Notes under the pieces: model-generated
Databases searched by the model: none
Told to the model about the DNA's origin: nothing
The model's input: only the letters and a program-made list of their open reading frames with translations
Position numbers and translations under genes: made by a program
Shown here: piece after piece, positions 41,951 through 55,500 of the stretch
Position numbering within the stretch: the first letter of the stretch is position 1
Layout of the letters: every line of letters starts with the position of its first letter
NCBI GenBank assembly: GCA_951406725.2
Contig: OX597822.1
Location: forward strand, 18,352,001 to 18,416,000
From: Octopus vulgaris
Lineage: Eukaryota
Reading direction: 5' to 3'
DNA: 64,000 bases

Positions 41951-42728
41951 TAGCATAATCCTCTGGATGTGTAATGTCAGTGTGCACCCTGAGAGAAATG
42001 CTGGAAATAAGAAGCATTGGATGTGGTGTGCAAGAGAGACGTCTGCGCTGGTATGTGTGAAGAAGTGCCACTCCCAAACAGTTGAAGGAATCCAGGGTAG
42101 AGGTAGACTCAGGAAGACATGGGATGAGGTGGTCAAGCATGACATTTGAACGTTGGGTCTCCCAGAGGCAATGACAGAAGACCAAGATCTCTGGAGATAT
42201 GCTGTGACTGAAAAGACCCGACAAATAACATGAGTTCATGGCTGTTTCCTGCACCAGCAAATAACATGAGTTCATGGCTGTTTTCTGCACCAGCTTCACA
42301 TAGCAGCCCCAGCCCATCCAAAGTACCTTGGATCACAGGACAGCCTGCTGTGCTTACCTTGGATCGTAGGGTGACCTGCTGTGCTTGAGGAGACCTATTG
42401 AGTCAAGTACATAAACATAAAAAAAAAAAGATCAAATGGAAAATGTAGTTGTGATACCTGTGCCGGTGGCACGTAAAAAGCACCATCCGAACATTGCCGA
42501 TGCCAGTGCTACCATGCCAGTGGCACATAAAAAGAACCAACCAATCGTAGCCGTTGCCAGCCTACCCTGGCACCTGTGCCGGTGGCATGTAAAAAGCACC
42601 CACTACACTCACAGAGTGGTTGGCATTAGGAAGGGCATCGAGACATAGGAACACTGCCAGATCAGATTGGAGCCTGGTGCAGCCTCCTGGCTTCCCAGAC
42701 CCCGGATGTTAAATGATGATGATGATGA
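41951..42728 (+). mobile_element. Second RTE family, 5'-truncated 3' end
   Basis: WMCNVSVH...[31 protein letters not shown], an internal 36-bp duplication near 42222-42293, a 3' UTR and (GAT)n. Confidence 0.9.
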
Positions 42729-42859
42729 TATATATATATATATATATATATATACCCCTATATTTATATATATATATATACCCCTATATATATATATATA
42801 TACATACATACCTATATATACACATATATATATTTGTATATATATATATATATATATAT

Positions 42860-43101
42860 TGTGCGATCTCGACGAATGTGTACAGTAGATTTAAATCTAT
42901 ACTGGAAAAAAATTTCCCAGCCTCCCATAAATATCATAAAATAATTTCTAAGAGATCAGTGAGAATTTCATATTCCACTCTCCCAAACATGGCTACCATA
43001 ATAGCTAGACTTAATAGTAAAAAACATTAAGTTAGCCAGGAGTAGAATGAATAGTAACAACAATGATAGTAATAATAATTGTAAAAATAGCAATAATAAT
43101 A

Positions 43102-43175
<74 letters not shown>

Positions 43176-44607
43176 GGTAATAATAAAAATAATATTAATA
43201 ATGATGATGATGATAATAATAATAATAATAACAACACTGATGTAAATAGTGATAATAACAATACCAATAATATAGGTAGTATAGATAAAAGTATAGTAGG
43301 TGATGATGGTGAGGATGGATTAATAACTAGTAACCCTAATTTGCATAACAACGTAATTACTAATCATGAAAATAATACTAATACTAATAATAATTTAAAT
43401 AACAGTAATAAAAGTGAATTGTCCTTAAATAATTCCAGTACCGGACACTATCCCCCCAGTTGTAATTGTAGGATTAGATCAAAATGTCCGGTATCTGGTC
43501 GTTGTTCGGTCCAAAACGTAAGTTATAAATGCACGATATTAACTTCTAGCAATAGCTTTCTTTATTTCGGTTGTTCAGTGGATCTTAAAAGACGTCTTAA
43601 CAATCATTTTTCCTCTTTTAGGCTCAAACATAAGGCAGGTTGCACAACATTATCTAGCAAAATTTGGGAACTAAAAACAAATAATATAGAATTCAACCTA
43701 AAATGGGATATAGTAAGAAGGGCGCAACCTTATAGAAATAGTAGGGATGGTTGTCAACTTTGTTCTATGGAAACTTATGAAATTTTTAAACATCAGAGTA
43801 TTACAAATCTGTTGAATAACCGTTTGGAGTTGGGAGCATCTTGTATACAGCGTACAACCCGAACGTTTAAATACTTTAAATAATAATTTTGTGAGTATTC
43901 CTATATTTTTCAAATTTTAATTCTTTATAACCAAATAAGAAGGAATATACCATACTGGCTTTCAATTTAACATTCATAGATGACTTAAAAAACTTCACTG
44001 CAAACTTGAAATTGAATTCTTTTTTCTAAAATTAAACTGTTTTTAAAATTAATAAGGCTTTCCCCCAGTTAAAAAGTACTATGCCTACTCGTAATAAGTG
44101 ATAGTCTTTTTTTTTCTCCAAATTGCACTCTCTGTGAATGTGATTGTGACCACTTGACATTGACCTAGTTCTCTCATCAAATAGTGGTAACTGGCATATT
44201 TAGTAGTGACAATTGCTGTCTTCCACATGAATTCCTTTTATGGAGTTCTGAAACCCCTTTACCCCATTTCTACATTTAGAAAATCTTTATTGCTTCCTTC
44301 AACTTACTTCTCCCTCTCACAACCTTACAGCAGTCTGGAACAACCAAATCTTAGTCAGTCAGTGGAGGGACTCCACTACCTCATATGTTCTTAAAATTTA
44401 AATCCACATCTTTGTCTATATATCTACCTTCTCTATAATGTTGCCACTTGATTTAAAAATTTTTGTATTAATGGAAAACCTCTATAATTGGCTGATGAGT
44501 ACTCAGCATCTTAAATCTGTTGTAATACTTACAACATTTAATAAAATGATGTAGTACGAAACAATCGTAACAAATTACCTGAGTCATTCTTGTTGCTTAT
44601 TTTGAGT
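42860..44607 (+). mobile_element. 5'-truncated Penelope-like element B (Nematis-like GIY-YIG end)
   Basis: STNV...[22 protein letters not shown], poly-Asn, CNCRIRSKCPVSGRC, VSYKC...LYFG, KRRLNNH, LSSKIWELK, CQLCSME (ORF ends 43883); hammerhead at 44486; (TA)n on both sides. Confidence 0.85.
44486..44576 (+). ncRNA. Type I hammerhead ribozyme with ~60-nt stem II
   Basis: UUGG-CUGAUGA-GUACU..CAUC-UUAAAU.UGUUGUAA-uac-UUACAACA-UUUAA...GAUG.AGUAC-GAAA-C-AAUC-G-UA-ACAA; the first pair of stem I is mismatched. Confidence 0.8.
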
Positions 44608-44812
44608 ATATATATATATATATATATAGCAGTCATATCAGGTGACATTAATAATATGCCTATATATCTTTGGCACTATATTTATTTTTTTCAACTAAAT
44701 TATTTTTTCATTTTCTACTGATGCGGAAAATGTCTCGTCCCCACCCCACTGTTTTACTATTATTATTTTCCTTCATGTTGTTTTATATTTTTTCAATATT
44801 TTTCTTTCATTT

Positions 44813-44920
44813 TCTCTTTGCTGGTTCATTGTAGATTTAAACAGAAAGCCATATGTATATATATATATATATATATACATATGGCTTTCTGTTTAAATCT
44901 ACAATGAACCAGCAAAGAGA
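44813..44920. repeat. 108-bp perfect palindrome centred on (TA)n
   Basis: TCTCTTTGCTGGTTCATTGTAGATTTAAACAGAAAGCCATATG-(TA)n-CATATGGCTTTCTGTTTAAATCTACAATGAACCAGCAAAGAGA. Confidence 0.95.
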
Positions 44921-45394
44921 TATATATAAAACCATAATCAGGTAAAAAGGCACGCATTTAAAACTGCTATAATCACTCTACCATTTTGTTGATTTAGGAA
45001 GTAAGAAAAAAGAAGGAATAAATAAAAGATTGAAATTTGCATCAATACAACATTATGCTGATGTGCAGCAGTAGTTTATGCGTTTTGTTGTTCTAAAGTG
45101 CTAAACATAAAGCCAGCATGCCTGAAGAAGGTCAGAAAATATATTTGTCGAAACACAATATCTTCAAAGTGAAAGATATAAAAAAAATGAAATATTATCG
45201 ATATAAAAGAGAAGTCAGCAACCATATCATTACATGAAAATCGAGCTAAAATCAGATGCAATATAAATTAATTTTATATGAAAATTATTAAGCATAAAAA
45301 CATGTTTACGGCCTTTTTTACCGTGTGTGTGTGTTTATGTGCGGGGTCCATGTGTGTGTGTAAGTATGTGTGTGTTTGTGCAGATACAAAATTT

Positions 45395-45443
<49 letters not shown>

Positions 45444-45457
45444 GTATTATGTATGTA

Positions 45458-45490
<33 letters not shown>

Positions 45491-45494
45491 TTAT

Positions 45495-45527
<33 letters not shown>

Positions 45528-47307
45528 AGTATATATAAAGTATATACATATATATGTATATACTTTATATATACTTATACACACACACATATATATATAC
45601 ATACACACACATTCATATATTTACATCACTGCAAGCATATATACATATACATACTCATACTTATTTATAAGTACACACACGCACATATATACACATACAT
45701 GCATATATATACATACACACACACATACATGCATATGTACATATATATATGTATGTATGTTAAACTGAATGTTTTAATTCATATTATCACTTTTGCATCC
45801 TAGATATCCTATTCAGTTTCCATAATATAATATTCATGTGATAATTATGCATAAATGCATGACAAAAGGCTCACAAATAAAATATCGGAAGCTGATATCA
45901 CATATAAAGCTAAACATAATAAAATAAAAAGCTATCATAAATAAGATATCATGGAATGGAAAATTATCTTTAATCTTTATATACATTTTACTTTTTGTTC
46001 CTAATTCAAAATAGCAAAGAGATTTTAGATAAACACCTATTTTACTTTCTATAAACAATTTATCTCCACGTTCTTTTTTTCTTCTCAATCTTTTTATGAA
46101 CTTCACAATACCAACATACAAGGGTATCTAGGATTATGGCAGAAGAGACAGATTCACCTAAAAACTAGAGCATTGCTTGCACACTTGGGAGAGTTCCTCT
46201 TAAACCTACTCTCCACTATTGACAAAATACAAAATCGAATGTAAAGTCTAGTTGTTGATAAACTCATCACCCCAATGCCCCAAATCTTCATAGAATGTTG
46301 TGCATTAGAAACTTTTCTGCATTCTTTCTTGTGGAAGGTGTTTAGATGAGTTTCATTCTTTGGTACCACTGATCAAAGAATTTGCCTTCAAAACTTGGTT
46401 TACTAAACTTAGAGAATTTGTTCTATGCTCCCTCAATATCTGCAAATTCCATGCCAAAGTTATTGTTTTTTTCTCCCTCTAGAATTAATTAGGGGAATAT
46501 ATTCTAGCCCCATTGATTTCCTACTGAATATCACATTGGTCTCTTTAAGCTTAACCTACTGTTGGCAGTTGGCTTCATTTTAATACTTTTATCCGTTCTT
46601 TTATAACCATCTCAGTTGATTTCAATTTACTCTCTCCTTTATTCTTCTCTCATTTACCATGTTTTATTGCCATCAGTTCTTTTATATTTCTTTTATTACT
46701 ATATCTATCATCATATTTTATTTAAAACTTTTAACATTTATTTTATTGTACTCGTTTATTTGTTATCTTAAATATATGTGCATATATAAAGCATTTGTGG
46801 CATTAATTTCCATTCCTCTTGTTCCTTTAACCCTTTGCCTACAAAGGGCCCATGTCTTTACTTGAAGTGATTTTAGATAAAGAAAAATATATCACACATG
46901 TTTACACACACACACACACACACACACACGCATACATATGATGGTGTTCATTTCTAGTCTTCCATGAAAAATGTGTTTGGCAATGGTGGGTGGGGGGAAT
47001 ATTACCTTGTTTAGAAACAGGTGAGGGTTGGAAACAGGAAGGGCATCCGGCTGTAGAAAATCTGCCTCAACAGATTCCATCTGACCCATGTAAGCATGGA
47101 AATGTGAACATTAAATGATGATGATGATGAAAGCATCACAAAATTCCACTCTCATAATGGTCAGGAAAAGTTTAAGGGAATTTGGGTGTTGGTCACTTTA
47201 ACATTTCATTAGAACGGGGACTGGAGTAACAAATATTTAGGAAACATCACTTATTCAAAATCCTTTTATAAAACGAACAAAATATCTTCAAAAAATTAAT
47301 TATTGGA

Positions 47308-47341
47308 TTAATTGCATTTTTTTCTTCTTTTTCAGGTAAGC
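47308..47341 (+). other. Candidate recursive splice site (3' splice site abutting a 5' splice site)
   Basis: TTAAT-TGCA-TTTTTTTCTTCTTTTT-CAG|GTAAGC. Confidence 0.4.
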
Positions 47342-48099
47342 TCTTCAATATTATTGTGAATTTGGAAGTTCTCATTAAGTATTGTTGGTTTTAACTCCCT
47401 CAAACAGGTATGACTGGAACCTTTTTTGTTTTTTCATTTTTCATCACCATGACGACAATTTGTGTCATCCGATACACCTTCCTTCTTTTATTTTGTTGTT
47501 GTTGTTGTTTAGGCCAAGGTCAGCACTAATGGAAATAAGTTAAAGATCAAAAGTTAAGGATTAGTTATAACTGTTCTGTTGTTTATTGTTTTTTTTTTCC
47601 CCTTTTACTCAGCTTTGCAATATCAAAGACTACATTTCCCAACATGTTCTGTGTTGTTGTTCTGACATAATTGGTTGGGAACACTCTGAAGGAGTTGATC
47701 AGCATTCTAGCAAGGACTGGGAGTCGAGTTTGGTGTGATGCCTGCTGAGGTGGAATGATGAGAGGCTGAGAGATGACTGAATGAATCATGCTTGAGAAAA
47801 GGTGGCAGGAGAACAACCAGTTATGAGGAGCAAAGGCCATTATAATTGCAGTAGATGTGATTGAGAGAGGAGATGTGTCTCCTCTCTCAGTATGTCTATG
47901 GGCCAGAGATTGGAGTGTGTTTGTGAATGACACTATACCCATTGGTTGAGTGATCTTTCTCTGAATGCAGCCTCCATTACTTGTATGTGTATGTGGGGGG
48001 TGGGGGGGTGGCAGTGCTGTCCCAGTGTGGAAGCAGTACTGTTATGGGTTCAGTATGAGTTTTGCAGAATATTAATTGTTGGGGACTTCATCCTATTTA

Positions 48100-48505
48100 A
48101 GAGATGAGGAATTATTTACATTATTTTCATTTGACAGATAATTGTCCTCATCTTGTTTGTTTGTTGTTAACACAATATTTCGGCTGATATACCCTCTAGC
48201 CTTCGGGATGGGTTCTCATTCATAAGGTATTTTTGATGCTGTCTGGAATCAAACTCTGAATCTTGGGGTTAGTAGCTCGTGCTCCCAACCACTACGCCAT
48301 ATGCCTGTGGGCAATTATGGAGTGAATATTAGGGCTTATAAATCTAATATTCTCCTATCCTTCCTTAATTGGTCTGCTTAAGAGATTGTTGTATCCTAGC
48401 ATATGTGCTGCTTCTTTTAGTTTTCATATTTTCCAGTGGTACTCTCTATCTATTATTTTAACTTCATCCCAAAGGTAGAGGTGGTCTCCATTTTTCCATA
48501 TATTT
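48100..48505 (-). mobile_element. Penelope/Poseidon-type PLE 3' end with an embedded tRNA-like segment and a hammerhead remnant
   Basis: IWKNGDHLYLWDEVKIIDREYHWKI*KLKEAAHML (GIY-YIG C-terminus), then a tRNA-like segment at 48241-48305, then GA-aGGCU...AGCC-GAAA. Confidence 0.6.
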
Positions 48506-48879
48506 TATATTCAGTCACACAGTATTTAGAACTAAATTGTCTTATGTGGTGCCTCCATTTTTGCTACGACAATAGATTGTGAATTGAGCAAGTTTTAGCT
48601 ACTATTTCCAGCAGCTTGAACAACTGCTGTATGCTTATTCAAAATATACTTTTTGGATAATAGGCCTAATGGAATGCCTTTTTGGCACCATCACCTGAAT
48701 CCTGGGTACTTTTTACTATGTTTGCTCCCAAGATTTGGATTAAGCTTCTAATTCTCTCCCTGCTCATACTGTTCTTCCATCCACTGACTTACCTTATATT
48801 TGTCTATACAGCATGCATAAGATATTTGAGGACAGATTTATGTTTCTAAAAAAAACCCAGATATATAACAGATAATAAC

Positions 48880-50020
48880 CATGAGGATAAAAATGAACCT
48901 TCTTTTCTATAATGTTATTCAATAAAGTCACCTTCAGCTTCAACAACTGCTTCTATATGAGATCTAAATCATCTACAAGCTTGAATCAAGTGGTCCTGGT
49001 TCATTTTGGACATTACTCTGACTAGGGCAGCTTTCATAGAATCTTTGGTGTTATGGGTGTGTTCATTGACTTCTCTCTCAACAATGCTCCACATGTAATA
49101 GTCCAATGGATTGAGATCTGGGGAACTAGGAAGCCAAATGTTTCAGCCAACTATTCTTGTGTTACTAGAGCCATGTGTGATAATGCAGAGTCTTATTGAA
49201 ACACACATGGCCTTCCATTGCATACACTGTCTATCCAGGGCTTAACAATTATTTCTAGGGCCTCAATGTAGGTGGCAGAGTTAACTCTAAGGCCTTGTAA
49301 AGAGGCATCACATGTCCTTCATTGCTGACAACCCCTAAAACCATGACAGTTTCTGGAAATTTTACATGCATAACACTTGAAACTTCAAAAGGATCTGCAC
49401 ATAACCATGTCATTTCTTCTGTTAATGCTTTGATCTTGGTTGAAGTTTTTCTCATTTGAGAAAATCTAAATCAAATCTTCTTCTGCTGCATTTTTCAGTT
49501 TGTTAAAGAGCCTTTTAGATCTGATGTAGAGATTTTCTTTTGCTTTTTCTGACAAATTGACTTTTCCTCATCATATAAAACTTATATCTGATGTCTTCGT
49601 GGACAACATTTCTGACTGTTTCTTCTCATGCATGGAGATCTTTTGCAATTGACCTCATGGACTTTCTGGGATTGTAAGCAATGGTCTGTTGAACTTGCTG
49701 GATGAATTCAGGTGTTCTGATGATTTCACAGCATTTAGAATTCTTTTTATGCTTTGATACTGGTGATATGTTTCCATCTTCAGTCTCTAGCTCTTTACAA
49801 ACTTTGTAGATGAAAGATCTGGCAACTTTTGAAAATTGAGATATTTCTAAATGAATATGCTCAGCCTTTATAACCACAATAACAGCATGCCCCTTCATTT
49901 CTTGAGTGAGCTGAGGGTCTGCCATTATTATTTTCTGAAACAAAGATTTTACAGAATTAGCAAAAAAATGCACCTATGACCCAAAAAAAGTATGTCCTCA
50001 AGTACCTGATGCGCCCTATA
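48880..50020 (-). mobile_element. Degenerate Tc1/mariner-superfamily (maT/DD37D-like) transposon
   Basis: IRTPEFIQQV...NPRKSMRSIAKDL, KFPETVMVLGVVSNEG, PSSPDLNPLDYYMWS, AVVEAEGDFIE*. Confidence 0.85.
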
Positions 50021-51826
50021 TATGTATAAATATATGAGTGTGTGTGTGTGAATGTGTGAATGTGTGTATGTGTGTGCGTGATTGCTTGATACATATATAT
50101 ATATATTATTACCATATTTCTGTTGTAATGCTCTAATTTCGAAAATCATTTTGACATTAATTAAACTGGTTTTTAGAACAAAAGAATTTATATTACTTTT
50201 GATAGAAGATTTCTATTTAGATCTCTTTGTTTGCACCATTGAAGCAGGGATGGTCCCAGGCAGATTTGTACCAAAATGGTTCTATTATCTTTTACATTTT
50301 CCAGTCATTGCACTGTGGCCATGCTGGGGCACTGTGCTCTATGTTTTTGTGTTTTGAAGTCTGGTACTTATTTGATCACTCTTTTTTGCTAAGCTATGGG
50401 GACATAAACAAACCAACATCAGTTGTCATGTGGCGAGGAAGGAATAAATACAAGCACAGCAACCACACACACATAAATAACAGGGTTCCTCACAGTTTCT
50501 GTCCACCAAATTCTTTTGCAAGGCATTAGTTGACCCAAGACAGGAGTGGAAGACAATTTCCCAAGGTGGGACTGAAACCAAAAATATATTGTTGCAAAGC
50601 AAGGTTTTTAACTATGCAACCAAAAAGATGTGGTTCTTCCTTCCTCACACTACCAAGTCTACTAATGGCTCCTGCTTCCTTCACCAATGTCTTTCAAGAT
50701 ATTTTCTTGAGATAATGCAGTGGGGGTTTGCCATTGGCTCCTTTTAGTTAAACTTACTGGAGAAATTAATAAATAGGTAAGCATAAATATAGACTGATAG
50801 ACAAACTGGCAAATGGACAGATAGACACACAGACAGAAAGATAAAAAGTGAGTGAAAAATTGATGGATATAGCAAGAAAGTTATAATAGACAAATAAAAA
50901 TGGAGAGGAAGTTATAGATGAAGAGAGAAAGAGATCAATAAAGAAATTCTCGAAAAGAAAAAAAAAGACAAGAAAGAAATATTTCAATCCATCTCCACTA
51001 AAACCAAAATAAATTCAACATTTGATTTCTTATTTATTTATTAGTTTGGTATTTTTTTAATTTTGTTTGGTTTTGTTGCACTTTATAAAAACCTGTAGTA
51101 GAGACCTGTCACTTGACTGGTTCGTTGCAACTTCAGTTTAAGCCAATAAGCTGGACCTTGCCTGGAATTCATCTCTCCTTCCAGTGTCTCCCTCAGTTTT
51201 CTTTCTTTCAAATGATAGTTAAGTTACATCCGTGTTGGTTTTGTTTGTGTTTCTTTTAATGTTTTCGAATTTTTTTTATGATTGTGGTAGGAAAAGATGA
51301 GTTGGTGGGGTGGGTGGAGAGACGTAATGAGTGAGGAAGAGAAGGAAAAGGAAGTAGGGTGAAAGAGATTGGAGAGTGAAAGTGACATAGAAAGAGAAAG
51401 ACAGAGAGAGAGAAAGATAGGAAAAAAGTAAATTAGGGAGTTGGGAGAGTAAGAGAGAGAGAGAGATGGTCAGGTAAACAAAAAAGAAACAAAGAGAAGT
51501 AGAGGTAAAAGAAGAGAACAGAAGATGATTGTTTGGAATTTCTATGGAAACTTTGTATTGTAGATATTTAAAAAAAAATTTTTCTGACAGTTCAATTCTG
51601 ATAAAAATCCTTCTCTGAGCCTTGCTCCTCATCACTCATTATTGACCTTTTCTCAGGCAACATATATTCTTCAGAACAGAAGAAACTTGTCACTTTTCAG
51701 TACTGGTTTCAACAATTTTAATCATTTTAATACTATTCCAATTTAAGCTTTACATGCATGCATGTACATACGTACGTACGTACATGCATGCATGTACGTA
51801 CGTACGTACATACATACATACATACA

Positions 51827-51858
<32 letters not shown>

Positions 51859-52874
51859 GGCATGCATCTATATATATATATATCTTTTCTTTTTGGGAAT
51901 AACTTGAAGCATGCACTAAGCTATAAATAATAGCATGTATTATTTTTGATGTCAACAACATACATCTGTAGTTTGTGTGTGTGTGTTTAATGTCCAATAT
52001 GTATTTGTATGAGAATGAGAGGAAAATAAGCTATTTGTAAATTAGATTATAATAAATGAGAAATATTCTATCAAAGATACTTTACTATCTCTATACATAG
52101 CCATGTGTACATGTTTTGTGTTGGTATAATTTTTGTTTGTGTATACACAATGTGTGTGTGTATTGATCTAGTGGTAAGTGGCTGGGGACCAAAACAGATT
52201 TATTATTTTATGACAGCAAACCGAATTTCATAAGCTTTGTTACAAAACCTAATCTGTGTTCTGTTCTCGTATCTGTTTGAATCTTTATTTCAATATTTTT
52301 TGTTATGAACCAAAATTGCTTTCATACAACGAAGATTACGATTGCCATTGTTTGTGCTGCTATTGTAATTATTTTCACTCATTCTGCTGCTGCTATACTT
52401 ACTGTTGTTTTGACAGACATAAGAAAAGAAATAATAAATATATTACATGAAATTGTAATGTGTAGAAGAGATGGGAATGAGTTTAGAATGAGTTTTATTC
52501 AGCTTCAGAATAATGTTCTCATCTTCAAGCACAGGAACATTTTCATGTCTGCTTTTTTGCCAATTCTTGCATGGATCTGATGCAGTTTGTTGAAACAGGT
52601 TTTCTATGGCTTAATGCTCTTCCTGTTGTCAACCTTTTTTGAGAAATGAACCACTTTCATTTGTGGTTTCAACACAAGCGGTTTAGTGGCCTGACATATT
52701 TTCATTGAAGATTGCCTGTGAATGACACCACTTTCTTCAGAGAGTATTGCAGTGTATGAAATCAAGGGAAAACTCTCATGCATGCACACATGTACATTAG
52801 CTCTCCCTCTCTCTCTCTATCTCTCTCTCTCCCTTCCTCTCTTCATTAAATCAATGTTGTCTGAACAGATGCAT

Positions 52875-52958
52875 GGTGTGCCATACATCAGGTGTCAAAA
52901 TCAGGTGTGCCATACATCAGGTGTCAAAATCAGGTGTGCCATACATCAGGTGTCAAAA
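52875..52958. repeat. 29-bp tandem repeat, ~2.9 perfect copies
   Basis: Unit GGTGTGCCATACATCAGGTGTCAAAATCA. Confidence 0.95.
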
Positions 52959-54714
52959 GCAATAGGATACAAGGTGTTTTGTTCAAGAACAGAATGGTGA
53001 TGCCATGCTCACACTGATATAGACCGTTATTTTAAAAGTTAATAAGTAGAATACTAACACAACATTCTACTCATTAGCAAATTTTTTAAAATTAATTTCA
53101 TATATTTCTTTTAGTTCTGAATTATCTGTGCTTACCATTTCAAAAAAAAGCCAAATATCTTTTATCATTGCTACTCCTCTATTTTCAGTTTATATTGATT
53201 ACTTTTCCATCAAGCCAACTGAAGTGAATATGTATGCCTGGTGAGACCTAACTAGTTTGAAACATATCCATCACGTTTAACCACTTTACTTTAGAAACAA
53301 AATTTCTTACTGCACTGTTTTAATTCCTTAAATTTGGATCAATATTATTGAAGGTACCTTACTTGTTAGTTTTTGAATTTTAAGTACCTCAGTAGGGAGT
53401 TTTTAACTTCTAATTGCAAAAGTAGTCATAATTCAAAGCTTTCCAATTCACTGTATTACATGTTGAAGCTTATACAAAAACCCAAGACATCCTGGCAATC
53501 AAGTATTTCAAATTAAACAAGACTGGCCTTGTTTAAGGAAAGTGTAGATAGCATTCCTCTTTACAATGCCAAAACCGGACTACAAAGAAGGTGCTTTTAG
53601 AAAACCCTGATGCTACATATATCAGGCTTTTCATGAGGGCTCAGTATGCCTCTTAGCATGTGCACAAGACAAAAGAATAAATTTACAGACATATCCCACC
53701 CATCTCCACTATTAAATACAGAATAGGCTTTGCTGGCTACTACTATTATGCTAAATAACAGTGGATACCAGATGTATTTTGGGTGCTTTTTCAGAGAATG
53801 AAATCCACTAAACTGCATCAATGTTATTGGCAGAGACAAACAACATGGAAGTGAGGACCAATCAAAAGCAATGGGACAATGTTGTGAAATGCAGGTTGGA
53901 TGTGGCTGCTTGCAGAAGAAGAGATGAAAATAATTACGTAGGTGAGGGTCCGTTCCCTTGTATCCTTAGCAGGGAGCTGCTTCTCTTCAGCTCAGTTGTC
54001 GGTGACTGTGTGGTTAAAAAGTTAACTTCACAACCATGTGCTTATAGGCTGAAACCTACAGTGAGCAAGTGTATACTATTTAACCCCAGACCAACCAAAG
54101 CTTGTGAGTGGATTTGGTTGTTGGAAACAAAAAGAAGTCCATCATATATGTATATATTCACATCCACAGGAATATGATGATCTCATCTGCAGTCATAGGT
54201 AAGATGTAGATGTTTCTCCAAAAAGAAACATGAGTCAGTTATCGTTTGTTTACCATTGCCAGAAAAAAAAAAACTCACCGAGAAAGATTTTTTATAGTTG
54301 GATGCTATTCTTGTTGCCAACCTTCACCAGTTTCCAAGTAAGTTTATATTTCCCAGTCCTTTGAAGACAAACAGAACAGTAGCCAAACATGTTTTTGTGG
54401 CAGACGTGGTCAACAAATGATATATTCGCACAACTATGTTGTATATGTATGTATGTATGCACGTGAGCAAAGCACTTCATATCATATTGCTTTGCAATCA
54501 TTTTGACGCTTGATGTGTGGTACACCATGCACCTGTTCAGGTAACATTGATTTGATGGAGAGAGAGAGAGAAAGAGCTAATGGACAACACATACATTTAA
54601 TCATCATCAATAAATTATTTGTGCAGGTTTGTTCAGCAAGAAATTACAGAACCATCTTTCTTGGACAATGAGAGAGACAACCATCATCATCATCATCATT
54701 TATCATTATATACG

Positions 54715-55500
54715 TATCTGCAGAGTGGTTGATGTTAGCAAAGGCATTCAACCATAAAAGCTCTGCCAAAACAGACACAGTAGCCTAGGATAGTCTCTTA
54801 CCTGGTTCACTCCTCTCCAACCATGCCTGCACCCTCTCTCTCCTCCCTCTGACTTGGTAACCAAGTATCTCCTGGACACCTTTTTCAGTCCTCTTTCTTT
54901 TACCTCTCTCTTCCTCTCACTCTCTCTTCCTCTCCCTCTTTCTTCCTCTCCCTCTCTCTTCCTCTCCTTCCCTTCTCTCTCTGACACCTCTCTCAAGACA
55001 CCTCTCTATTTCTCTGTCACATTCTAACCTTTCATCATTTGACACCAGGTCACCTCCTCTAATGCCCCCTCCATTATAGCAAGACACCTGTTTCTTCCTC
55101 TCCGTCTCTCTGTAACACTCTTTCATCCTCTGACAGAAGTTCCCCTCCTCAAATGCCCCTGCCCCTCTCAAAATTCCTTGTCTTGCAAGTTACTTGGTGA
55201 CCCTGCCAGTGCTGGTGCCACATTAAAAGCACCCAGTCTACACTGTAAAGTGGTTGGCATTTGGAAGGGCATCCAGCTGTAAAAGTCATTCCAAAACTAC
55301 CCCCCCCCCCGTGTTTATGCCATGTAAAAAGCACTGAGTCCACTCTGCTGGGGGGGGGGGTTAGGAAGGGCATCCAGCCATAAAAACCCTGCCAAAACAG
55401 ACACCGTCACCTAGGGTAGTTTTCTACTTGGCTGGCTCCTGTCAACCATCCTACCCATGCAGGCATAGAAGTAGGACACTAAATGATGATGATGCTGATT
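54715..55500 (+). mobile_element. Cluster of degenerate RTE-tail/SINE fragments
   Basis: Repeated GTGGTTGGCATT.GGAAGGGCATCCAGC, AAAAGCACC and ACCCATGC..GCAT.GAA...AAATGATGATG motifs; similar fragments at ~34450, 35500, 46950 and 61850. Confidence 0.65.

Noticed and set aside
45122-45165. CTGAAGA...GAAAC as a hammerhead
   Set aside because: Stem II is out of register, with no GUH triplet or stem I complement.
52875-52958. 29-bp repeats as a CRISPR-like array
   Set aside because: The units are contiguous with no spacers, and the context is eukaryotic.
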